From Raillietiella orientalis (Eukaryota), in assembly GCA_036172245.1 (NCBI GenBank), contig JAYWIR010000061.1, positions 310,001 through 374,000 of the forward strand: a stretch of DNA of 64,000 nucleotides, read 5' to 3'. Positions 42,701 to 54,000 of the stretch are shown here, piece after piece. Numbering within the stretch: the first letter of the stretch is position 1; each line of letters starts with the position of its first letter. Under the pieces are notes generated by a model. It had not been told where the DNA came from. It searched no databases and was given only the letters and a program-made list of their open reading frames with translations. Made by a program: the position numbers and the translations under genes.

Positions 42701-45700
42701 CAGCTGGACGCTGCCGCGTCCCTGGCGGAAGGGGCACCTGACCTCGTTGTCGCGGCACCCGAGAGCACTCGTTTCCTGGACGAGCCCTCCGGCGTCGCGA
42801 AACCGGCGCTCCTGGACGGCCGTCCTGTCCGAACCCCCGACCTTCTGGACAACTTTTCCCATTCCCGAAGCACAAGCCTTCCCGCCGCCCCGCTCTCGGG
42901 CGGTGCGCCCGTGAGTTTCCTGCAGGCAGCTCTCTCTGAAGAACCGCGCTTGTGCAGGTCCCGCTCCTTGGGCCCAGATCCTTCTTCTTCCTGTCATTAT
43001 GCCAACATCTCGAAGGAAAGGAAGAAGCCAGGAGCCGAAGAAGAACCGTGCCTTCTCCCGCGGGCCAGCGAAGGCGCGCGCGACGAAAACGATGACGACG
43101 AGGACCACTTGGACGAACTGTCGTTGCAGAACGAATTCCTGAGGAGGAAGAAGATGGCAGCAGACTGGTGCGAAGCCATCAAGAATGATCGCGAGAGCGC
43201 TCACGACGCATACATGGAGGCGATGAGCTTGCCGAAAGGCATGCCCGCGGCTCGAGATGCTCCGCAGCAGTGCTACCCTCGCGAGAGAGCAGCGCTAGCG
43301 TCGTCGTCATTGTCGTGCAAGAAGGGCGCAGATCGCGGAAGAGACTGCCCGTCGCTGGTCCGGGAGAGGAGCACAGGACAAGCGCGCGTTCTGAGCACGT
43401 CCCGCGATCCGTATCACCTCCTTCGCGGGAGACCCGTTTTGGACTCGGGGGACGAAAACTGGCTGTTTCCTGCTGCTCTGGCAGCTGGAGTCAAGCTTCT
43501 CGATAGGCCGCCGCCGCCGCGAGCCGGCGGCGCCCCGAGCTCGGGAGACTTTTGGGAGGAGGACCAGCTCTGGAAAGAGAATCTGCGCAAGGAGAGTTTG
43601 AAGCATGCACGCTCCCTCGAAAGCCTCGACGATCACGCTCGGAGTAAACGCGGCGTTTCCTCCCCGGTCCCCGGAGGCGGGAGCCACCCCAAATCTGGAG
43701 ACCTCGGTCCGTGCTCCGATCGCCGTTCAGGAGGCGACCGGCACTGGTGCAGCCAGCCGACAGCTGCTAGTTCTTTTTTCTCCGGAAGCCTCCCTACTTC
43801 CTTTGAACGCACCGAGGAAAGTCCGCGGGCGAAGACGGCCACCGTTGGGACGTATGCGACGCCTTTGAATTCAAAGAAAGTAGGGGGGCCACTCTCTGAA
43901 AATGCCACGGAAGCTTCTGCACTGTCTCAGCACCCTGCACTCGCACTGCCAGCAACGCAAGATGCGCACATTTCCTGCACGCATGCACCAGGTGAGATTT
44001 GCTGCACGCATGTTGATTGCTCTGCTCGTGCGCTTTGCCCCTGGGTGCCTGCCTAACCCAACCTGCTGCATTTTGGATGCTTTGCCTGATGAGCAGCACT
44101 GCACTCGGCACGGTCCAATCTTGTTTTCTTCCTGTGCGGTCAGACCCAGGGTCTGTGGTGAATGTCGGCGTGCCTATGGCGGGAACTTTTTTTCTTCTTT
44201 CCTAGTCAGACTACGCACATTGAAGCCCTGCGCAGGGACAGATCGAGAGCAGTTGCGCTTCCCTTTACTCTTTGTGTCTTTAGCCGACGCTTGACAGTCG
44301 TCAACAGGAGCCCCGGGAGTTCTTCCACCCTTTCTTCACGCCACATTCACTTCCGTCTCGCTCTTTTTAAGGGGAAGATGTCCCTGGCTTCCGGCTTCGA
44401 GGGCCTATGGACCGCCAGCTCTTTCGAAGACGATCTTGCCGGCAGCTTATCGCGTGCCGTCTGTACCCTTTCTCATAGGACGGCTTCTTCTCCGCGTGCT
44501 CTTTGCCGTTGCGTGTTGTGGGGGGCACGATGCTCTCCGCTTTGCTGCCTCGAGGCCTGCGTCATCCCGAAGCGAACTCTAAACTCAAGTTGTTTTCGGT
44601 ACTCCCTTTCCGGCACAGACGGTCAGTGGACTCGCCGTGCGTCTTTAGGCACCGACCTGAGTCAGTTGCCGGCCGAAGGATCCCTAAAGCTGGAGGAAAG
44701 AAAGAACGAAGGAGACCAAGAAGGTTTTCTCAAGGTAACCGGGCGTTGTTATCCTTTCCACGCCGTGTTCCACCTCGTGCTCTCTCCTGTTAGGATGCGA
44801 AAGACATGTTGTCCACACCTCCCCATCTGTGGAACAAGACCCACGAGGAACTCCTCCTCTTCCTTATCGATCTGCGCAGGAGGAACGCCTCGGTTGGCTC
44901 CATGCTGGCGAGCTGCGAAAGTGAGATGAAAATCCAGGTAGGCTAGCCGCCCGATGCATCGCAGCGATGGGCATGGACGGCTTTTTCATGCAGAAGGACC
45001 AGATGATGAGGGCACAGTCGGCAGCCTCCGAGAAGCGGTACTACGAGTTCCTCAAGCGGCGTGACGAGCTGCAGAAACAGGCAAGGATCGTCTGGCTTGT
45101 CTTCCTCCCCTTGCTTTCACGTTCGGCCATCGACTTGACCGAAAGCAGCTGGATACGAACCGACCACTGATCAGCTTGGTCAGTAACATGGTGAAGCTGA
45201 GCACGGTTTACGACCGGAACGTGGAACCCGGAGTCGCCTTCGGCTCCGAAGTGTCTGATGCTCATCTGGAAGCGTCCCGCCCGCTGCAGGATTGCCAGCA
45301 GCAAGTAGAGAGACTGTTTGACCTCGATGACCACCCCCTCGAGGTAAACTGGAGGCTCAGGAGAGGAAAAGGGAAAAGGAAAAACTGTCTCGTCTGCCAG
45401 GGTGGTGACGCGTGCCATCGGTCGCATGAGCAGTGCAAGGCTGAGCAGCTCCGCCAGGTGGAGCGCGCGCTGAACAGGGAGTCCTGTTTGCTGCGCAGCC
45501 TGCAGCAAGAGAAGGTAGGGCCACAAAGGATCACCGGTGCCCGTCACTATCCTTTTCCTTTTTTCCCTTCCCCCTTCCCACCTGCAGGATATGCTGGAAC
45601 GCGCGGTGGTGGGCATGAGGATTAAGACCCAGCGCGTGGAGCTCTCCGACCTGGACCAGTATCAGACCCAGCAGCATCTTCTGGAAAAGGAGCTGACCCG

Positions 45701-47860
45701 CGTGCGCAGTAGCCTGGCCCAGAGCGCGAAGGTAGGTCAGCGGACTCTATCCCCCGCCCCTCCCTTCCCCCCTTCCTTCTTTCCCTGTCGGCGAGCGCGC
45801 TCTAGTGAGAACCTTTCCTCGCAGAAGCTGCAGCAGATGGCATCGCTCAACAGCCGCATAGAGCAGGAGCTGATTTATCTGCGCCAGAGACTTCGGAGGC
45901 CGGAGGCTGGCAAGCGGGTGTCACCTGCCGTGGAGGACACGGAGCTCAGCAGCCTGCAGGTGGGAGAAGGGGAGGTAGGGAAGGAGCGGCGACACCGACC
46001 GGGACTTCCTCCAGCTCCAGATGGAGCAGCTGAAGCTCAGGCGGGCGGAGCTCAAGCAGGAAGTGCAGGAGCTGACCGATGTGACCCGAGCAGAAATCAT
46101 CCGTCCCAGCCCGACTGGCCTTCCTGGTGCGGGACCCGTCGGACGCAAGCGCCTCCAGACGACCTGGATGGAAACCGACCTGGACACCCTGGTCACTACC
46201 GACCGCGGGACCGAGCTGCACCCCTCCTGCATGCGCCCCCCGAGCAGAGTTGTTCCTCTGTACGTCAACACGAACGCGCCGGCCTCGCAGCAGCCGCCTC
46301 AGCAGCAGCTCGAAGGGGCCGACGAGGACACTCACGGGGGCGGCGGTCCTCCGGAAGAAGCGCCTACGGATTCCCTTCTGCCCAGGGACCTCCGCCTTTC
46401 CGCGGAGGTGCGCACTGTGCGCGTGGTCAAGCGGGAGTCTGGGAAGCGGGGGAACGTGCGGATGCGCAAGGATGCCCCCGACGAGGAGGGCGGGAGGGAG
46501 CGCAGCGGTCCGGTGGACGTCGCCGCCACTGCCGCGTTCAACCGCTCCCAGTCCCTTCCCCGCAACTACGGACGCCAAGGGATTCCGGCAGTGCTGCGAA
46601 GCGCGGCGGCGGCGGTGCCGTGCGACTTCCACTCTATCGATCGCGCCGCTCCCTCTTCTTCGTCCTCCTCAGCTCACCCCGGCGGCCGTCGCCTGGCGCC
46701 AGACAGGCACGCCGTCCCGCCCCTCCTCCCCCGCAACGGAGGCTGCAAACCGGCGCTGCCGGTCGCGGACTACTACTGCCGCCCGCTCAGCGCGCATGAG
46801 CGCCTGTTCGGCACCGGGTCTGCGTTCAGCCTTGACCAGCTGTCCGACGATAGGGCCAGTCCCCCGCAGTCCCCGGTGTTCCGGAGCAGCGCCGCCAGGC
46901 AGATCGTCCAGAACTGGCGCCGGGAGGTGCCCGTCTCCAAGAGGCGACATAACACGGTGTCGAGCTCCCGGCCCGCCTCCCTCGAGCTGTCTCGCGCCTC
47001 TCCCGATCAGGCGACCAAGGACGACCTTGACGCCCTCCGTTCTGGCCCTCCGGACGTGGTCAGGTCGACCTTGTTCAGCCAGCGCCAGCAGAAGATCAAC
47101 GAACGCACCATCGACAGCATCCTAAGCACTCCCCAGAAGATCGTCATCCCGGAGCGTTACGTGCCTGACGGAGATGCTCCGAGCGAAGAGGAGAGCGCCC
47201 ACCGCCGCCGCAAGGCCGACTCCATCCGCCGGATGCTATCGGAGGTGACGTTCGACATGGCAGGTGGGGACCCTTCCTCTGCGCGCGGAGGACGACCCCC
47301 GCAACGCCACCCCACTCTCTCTCTCACCGAAGGGCACGAGCAGGGGCGTGATCTTTCCCCCCTTCTGCGCAAGAAGATGGAGATCGACAGGCGTCAGCGG
47401 GAGGAGCTGCTCGCCCTCAACCAGCTGCTGGCACAAGAAGTGAAGGAACGGAGCAAAGTGGTTGCAGGTAAGTTGTGTGTCCCTTGACTGGGGTACGCCT
47501 CTCCCTCGCCCCTCCCCCCCCTACTTCCCGCTTTGTTGCTGTTTGCACGCACCATATTTTCAGCTGTATGCACGCCTGCCGCAATGTAGATCCTCCTCCT
47601 CCCCTCCCACGAAAACCGCCCTCCCCCGCATGCCTCCCCGCTGGCTGCGCGTGTGACGTTTGTGGATCGCCCCCCCTTTCCCGCTTGAAGTTGGTGCGTT
47701 GCTGTGTCCTTTGTCTTCTGGCGCCCATCTCCATGTGTCTGCATTTGCAGAGGAAGCTCTAAAGAACCCACCTGTTGACCACTCCTCGCCTGAAGACGAC
47801 GACCTTTCGCCCGTGAGACCTGGCCCGCTCATACAGCAGAGAGAGAATTTTCTCGTGTGA
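36727..47860 (+). CDS. Large PH-domain/coiled-coil scaffold, PLEKHA5/6/7 / Drosophila kramer-like (about 2240 aa with the 5' micro-exons); exons 36727-36892, 38819-39032, 39470-40253, 40700-40943, 41220-43991, 44619-44734, 44794-44937, 44994-45080, 45149-45343, 45401-45514, 45588-45731, 45825-45959, 46015-47467, 47751-47860
   Basis: PH domain RGWLYKQGSEGLMLWKKRWFVLSEYCLFYYR/GPEEEKVLGYILLPSY...RTYYLAAE...WIRALNLA. Further blocks: REESMKRLLEWKQRMLQSPL, KTHEELLLFLIDLRR, PLISLVSNMVKL, TWMETDLD, PQKIVIPERYVPD, RRRKADSIRRML. Splice phases are consistent throughout. The 41220 acceptor is the least certain. Confidence 0.88.
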
Positions 47861-48033
47861 TTCCCAGCGCCACTGTGATAACTTGCCCCCCTCCACTCTG
47901 TGTGCGGACACGGCTCGTGCTGTGTTCCCTTCCCATTCCTGCCTTATCCGTTCACTTTGTTTTTGCTCCCGGTTGTCCAAGAAGGGGGAGGTGCGCTCGC
48001 GCAGCCACCCCTACGAGCAACCGGGTAAACAAA

Positions 48034-48065
48034 AATAAACGGACGGACGACCGAAACGAAATAAA
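48034..48065 (+). terminator. Poly(A) signals of the PH-domain gene
   Basis: AATAAA at 48034-48039 and 48060-48065 in an A-rich patch within otherwise GC-rich DNA, about 175-205 nt after the stop. Confidence 0.55.
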
Positions 48066-48079
48066 AGGCAAACACGAGC

Positions 48080-51000
48080 ATGGGAAAATTGCCGAGCAAC
48101 GCTTACGTCTGTGCTCTCGAGGCGCTGGTCTCGGAGAAAGTGCTGCTGTCTCGAGGCATGACGGGCAGAGCCTGCCGCTCGGACCCGCCGTTGTTTCCCA
48201 CGGATGGCCGGGCGCGGTTCTTCCGCGCGTCTGTCCGTCTTCCTTGGTACCGTCCGTGCACTCGTGTGTTACGTATGTATTCTTTTCGCAGGATGTAGGA
48301 GGAGATGACCTGCCCACCACGTTAGAGGCCCTGAAAAGCTTCTGGGACGATTTCCTGTTGGTCCTCCGTTTAGATGATTCGCTCGTTACAGAACAGCATC
48401 CTCTTGTCCGTGACCTGGTCACGGGCGACCCCTATTCTGTAGATCTCGCTGGAGTAAGCCTGAGTGCCGTGACTAAGCAGGAGCTTCCCCTAAAAGAGTC
48501 TCGGGGTGCTCCGGGCACGAACTCCGCGTTCCAAGGTGGTGGTGCTGGTGGTGGCGGTCGCAGTGACGTCGATGCTTCTTTCGACCTCTTCACGGAAAGC
48601 AGCAGCAGCGGGGAAGACGCGGCTTCGCAGGAAGAGTTCGGCCACAGGGACGATTTCCAAGCACTTGCGAGACGGATGGGCTGCCGGTGGCAGGGGCATC
48701 TGCAGGCGGGTGCGATCCCGCCCGACGAGTTGCAAACCCACGACGCGGCGCTGCTGGAGGCCGCCTTCGCCCACCTGCGCAGCGAGGGCCTCTCCAGCAG
48801 TAGCCTGGGGAATCTCCTGCACAGTATCAGCGGCTGCGGCCAGGAGCTGCCGTTCCTCCTCTGCCTGCGCGCGATCCTACTCGATAAGGTAAGCGGATCG
48901 CGTGTTACGCCTGGAAGGGCGATTTTGGTAGCCGGGCAGCGCGCCAGGTCATCCAGGAAGCTTTACCCGAAGCTGTGTGCCTGTCTTCAGTATAGTCTCC
49001 GCTGCTCTGTCTTCCGCTGCGGGCTCTCCTCCTTTTCTTCCTCCACTGACTCCACCCTCGGTGGTGCCATTGCGACGTTCAATTGTCGGGAGGGTTGTCC
49101 CGGCAGCGCATTCGCGCGGTACATCCGCCTAAACATCACATGTGCGCCTGGCGATTGTCTGCAACGACGTCCACGTCCCATGCAAAGCCTCTGCGAGAGA
49201 ACTCTTGTGCCACTCGGTCCCCCGTCCCCAGCAGCAGGACCGCCACCACATGAGGGAAGCGCCCGTATCACCTCGGCACTGTGTACGCAGGGCTCCAAAG
49301 TGAGAGCCGCCGGTCGCAAGAGTGTCTTGCGGGCAGGAAGGGAGGGAAAGAGTCTTTGTAGGGAACCGGGTGTGGAGGGATACTGCGATGGTGCGCACGC
49401 GGTCATCTGTGTGTCCGGTGCCTTCGAGCGCACGCGGTACTGCAATCCTCTGTAAATGATAATTCTGGCGACACCTTTGTTCTTTTATGGGTTTCTGTGC
49501 TTCGGTTGCAAAATCGCCCCCTGCGTTTCACCGGCTTTCTGTTTCCCCCTTCCTCGTATTTTAAATGTGAAAGTTGTGCAGGGCACGCCACGAACCCTCG
49601 TGTGGTAAGTAAGGGAGCCGCTCGACTCGCATCCAAGCCGTACGTTTTCCGTGCTGATGCTCTCCCCTCGCAGCGACAAGGGTGCCCATCTCACCGACGG
49701 AAGCTGGGGCGTCGCGCTGCGCAGCGATCGCTCTTCGCTGTCTGGCGAGATATTTCGCCTCAGCTCCGCCGCCCCCGAGTCAGCGTTTTCCGGGCTCACC
49801 GGTAGTGCATTCCCGTGTTGACTCAGCATAAGATTCAGGTTCAAGCGCCAGAACTTCCTGGCATCGCACGCGCTTACCGGACTTCGTGTTCTTCATTTGC
49901 GAGTTTTCTAAACCGGTTGTGTTTTGTGTTGCTCGTGCTGTCCCATGAGTTCGTCCAGTATGCGTTTGCTCGCGGAAGAGTGACGACGGCGTGCCCCCGG
50001 CAGTCGTGGAGCACTGGACGGACCTTTTCTGCGCGACCGCATCTTCGTGAACTCTGGTCCGCGCCCTAGGAAACTGCGTCGGACCGCGGTGCACGCTTGG
50101 ATTCCAAGTTCTGTCGTGTTGTCCAAACCTGTTTCGTCTCGCTTTCCGAGTCATCTTGCCTTCCTGTGGCATTTTTCTCGCGTGTGCTTCAGCCCTTCAG
50201 CCTGAATGCGCAGTTCCCTCATTTGTCGACAGTCTCACTTCCTTGGTCTCTTTCCTCGAGTTTCTTCCATTCCCGCTCCATCACTCTCTTTGTACTCTCT
50301 CGTCCGAAGTCCTGCAGCTCGCATGCAGATGACCTTTCGTTTTCCATTGAATGCGGAGCCGAAGACGCGTCACCAGGGTGACCCGAGAATCTGGTCGTGT
50401 AACGTCACTTGCAGTCGTTGGCATAACATGGCTCGTTTTATATCCGCAACCTTAGCCGCTCACTCAATGGCGCGCATGCCACTGGTGTTCTCGAGCCCTT
50501 CCAATTGCGTTTCAAAGAAGAATAGCTGCATCATTCTGTGTCTGTCTGTCTGTCTGTCTATTTTTTTTTTTTTTTTCATTTTTATTCATTTTCCTATGGC
50601 TGAGTGTAGCCCTTTGTTGAGGTTTTTTTTCTTTCTTTTTTTTTCCTTCAAGATTAGAGATATCTCTTGGGAGTGAACGAATTAAGTTAAAAGAACGCCT
50701 GCTGTTTGCATTTTGGGCAGTAAAGAGATCTGTGATGTAATTCAGCATCCAGTCGAGCCGGTTTTCTTCTGCTCTTCTCCATTTTTTTTATTTTTTTTTT
50801 CCTGTGACATTAGTATTGCGCAGTTCATGTTGTAGCACAGTGGGGGTGGTTCTCAACAGACGTTCTCATTTGCTTATTGCTTTCTTGAAAAGGTAAAAAC
50901 TAACCCATCAGCTACACGTGTGCCTTTTTTCCTTCGTTGATCGTTGTTCTTCGAGTGCGTTTTCTCCCCCGAAATGCATGTACATGTAGAAACGCACGTG

Positions 51001-54000
51001 GAAACCTACGTGCACCTCTATTTCGTCTCAGTTTTAGAGCGTCCGCTTGCCATCCTTTGTCGTATCGCTTTATCTTATTAAGTGCTATTTTTCATGGTAT
51101 GCATTCGTCTTCGATACGGTTGTCGACAAGTCTTGTATGGGAACCTGCAGATCTTGGACCCCACAGCGTAGATCTCCGATTGGTTATATCAATGGTTGGT
51201 TATATCATTGGTTATATCATATCATTGGTTATATCTTTATGTAGAGTAAGCCTCCTCGTCATAAAGGACTGAGACTGGAAAAAGAAGGTTCCAAATTTTA
51301 TAACTTTTCGAAGGTCCTCGTTTCCGAATCGAATGGGAGCGATGATCCCAGTGTTCAAAATCAGCTTTTAATAAAATCAGAGCGTCCATTGCAGAATCAT
51401 TTCGAATACGCTTGGTTTCGTGGAAAATGAAGTCCAGAAAAGCACGCAGCAGCCCAGATGCACGCATAGATGCTGATCAATTTCGATGGGCATAGGTGTA
51501 AGGCATCTTATCACGCGTGTGCCTGTAATGCCTTTGCGCTCTTATGTCATAGTGTTCATCACTTACCTAATTTTTCAATTTCTAATCTAGAAAAGCAGTG
51601 CTCCCCCCTTCCTGCCCCCAGCAAAGCTGCAAATGTTATTAAAGAAATTCTTATTATCGCTGCTCACCTCAGCGTAAAGGTTGCTTAGCGTCTTTGTTTT
51701 TCTCTGCGATGACTAAGGTTTCTTTCCGTACCGTATGGGTGTGATTTGCACCAGGTTTCCTCGTTCAGCATCTGTCTGAAGTTCGTTTTATTTTTTTTCA
51801 TGTCCTCTTGGCAGGCTGGATGATTCGGTTCTCACTTAGGGTCTCTGTCTTTCGGTGATTTCAAAAGTAAGAGCACGCCACGAGTATGGATAGACTGGAA
51901 AGTATTTGTGGGGAGCATCAGTGCAAAACAAGAAAAAGAATAGAAAGCTGCTTTCTGTCCACCCGCAGCATACACGCAGCCGCACCTAATGCGAGCGAAC
52001 ATTCAAGGATTCGCATGTTTTATTTACAACCCGTTTCTGTTTCACTGCCTGCTCACGTCGAACACGTGTTTCGAGCGGAATGGTTGTTTTCGCTGGGATT
52101 TGCCCAGCGGGAATAAGGCGGCAGCTAACGATGTGTTCCGTCGAATCGCCATCACTCCTTTATGCAGAACGTGTGTTTTTTCGAGTTGACTCACATCCAC
52201 TTGAGAAACAGGAAACAGGGAAGCTGATTCTGCCTCGGTTGTCGTCTTGTCATCGTTTGTAGGTAACGCGTTTGTACCCTTTCTCCTGTGCATTTCAAAT
52301 GCATGTGTGCAATGCGTGTACCCGACTGGACATCGTATGCACCAAGCCGCAAGCGTCACTCTTGCTGCTGCTACCTCCTTTAGCTTAATGGTTGTGCGCC
52401 ATTCTCATGCAAAAGCATCGCAGTTTGGTTGATGTTCGGACATGTTTTGTGTTTGGAATACTCGCATTTCTTGCTGGGAAGCTTATTCTGTTGATGATTT
52501 TCGAAATGCGCAGTCGAGCACGTCCGATCATCGGTTAAGGACAACTTATTCGAACACGGGGTTTGTGACCTCGGTGGATGCTATTTTTCAATTTGTTTTA
52601 CGGGAGGAGGAAAAAAGTGAGAGTAACTGCGTTGTAGTTCTACTTGTGTAAGCTGTTTTCTCGTGTTTCTTTTGTAGTCTATGTGTCTGTTTATTCATCT
52701 CTTTGTTTATTTATTTTAACGAGGATTTCTTGTTTCCCCCTCACTTCCAATAAACGTTTCCACACGCGCTGTTCTGTCGTGCCACTACTGCTCTTTTCTT
52801 TCAAAGCGAGGACGAATTTGTAACGAGACTGCTGAGTCACTTCATAGGCTGGCCAAAGGGTAGTCGCAAGTTCACTTTTCATGCATAGCATCTTCCTTGA
52901 AGAATTTCCTTTTAATGGCGTCCTTGGTAATAGGATGATTTTCTTGGCACATCATTTTTTGTTCACATCGACGTTAATTTATACGTCCTCCGGTTATGCC
53001 GCCGTTCCATGTGGAGGCTATTAATGACGGAATTCCGTTTTGATGAAGGAACCCTATCTCAAATCAAAACAAGTTAGAATCATGCTCTTCTCTGTGGAGG
53101 AGTGTTTGGCATCAGTAGCATCGCTTGTTTTCTGTGGCAACTTGCTCTCTCTCCATGTCTTGGCTGCAAATCCTAGAATGGGAATTCTACAGAAAACGCT
53201 GTTTTTTTTTCTAGTATTCCGGGTGTATAAATTTTTGCTATGCCTGTAGGTGCCAAGATGAAATCTAGGTGCACTGCAGCGTCTCAGTTTCGAACCAAAA
53301 GTACGAATGGCACTAAAGCGCGGGTCGTCTTCGATGAAAGCAGTCTTATGTTTTTATCGAAGACGAAAAGTGCCAGAACCCTTTTGGTGTGATGAATGCT
53401 TTGCATTCTTGAACCGAGGACGGAATTTCGGATTGCGAATCAAAGAAAGTGCTTTGGCATGGGTTTTGCTACGTCAACTGCTCGTCGACTGTGTCACCCT
53501 GTCTGTTAAGGTGAAGAACTTAATCGTTTGCCCGGGAAGGCTGAGAAAATGTGAAAGACCCTGAAAAGCTGGAATGTTTTCCCAAGACAGGTACGAAAAC
53601 CCGAATCAGGAAGAGTACATGAGTTCCTCCTCCTCAAGGGTCTTGTGGATTGTTCGCCTGTTGTAACTGTACCAGTTGCCACTTTAGCGGAATTTTTCAG
53701 AATTTTGTGCCTAGAGTATATGCACAACTCAAGATAAAAAGTTGTTCCAGTGGTACTATCGAGAGTAGCAGAGGTTAGCACGTTTTACCGATTGCATTGA
53801 AAATCTATGGACCTCCGTGAGTTTCCTGAAAGGTTCCAACTCAAGAAGCACCTGAAGTGTGTTTTTACGGCTATCGAGGGAAGAGAAGGGCACAGAAACA
53901 GAACTTGGAGGCGCGGCTTCTTTCTAGGGTGCTGTTGCTTCAAGTGTGTATGCGTTTCTAAAGGCATGGTGTGTCTGCTTGCACAAGTGACAAGATCCAA

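Noticed and set aside
41279..47125. Many long antisense and alternate-frame ORFs (e.g. 45537-46799, 46127-47125, 42590-43204)
   Set aside because: Shadows of GC-rich exons; 45537-46799 is real only in its exon portions.
47857..49455. 532-aa single-exon gene
   Set aside because: Only 48292-48888 looks coding, bounded by a strong acceptor and a GTAAGC donor; the rest is GC-rich UTR or intron.
53560..53740. VVTVPVATLAEFFRIL resembling a hAT dimerisation domain
   Set aside because: The ER.FS core is absent; chance similarity is likely.
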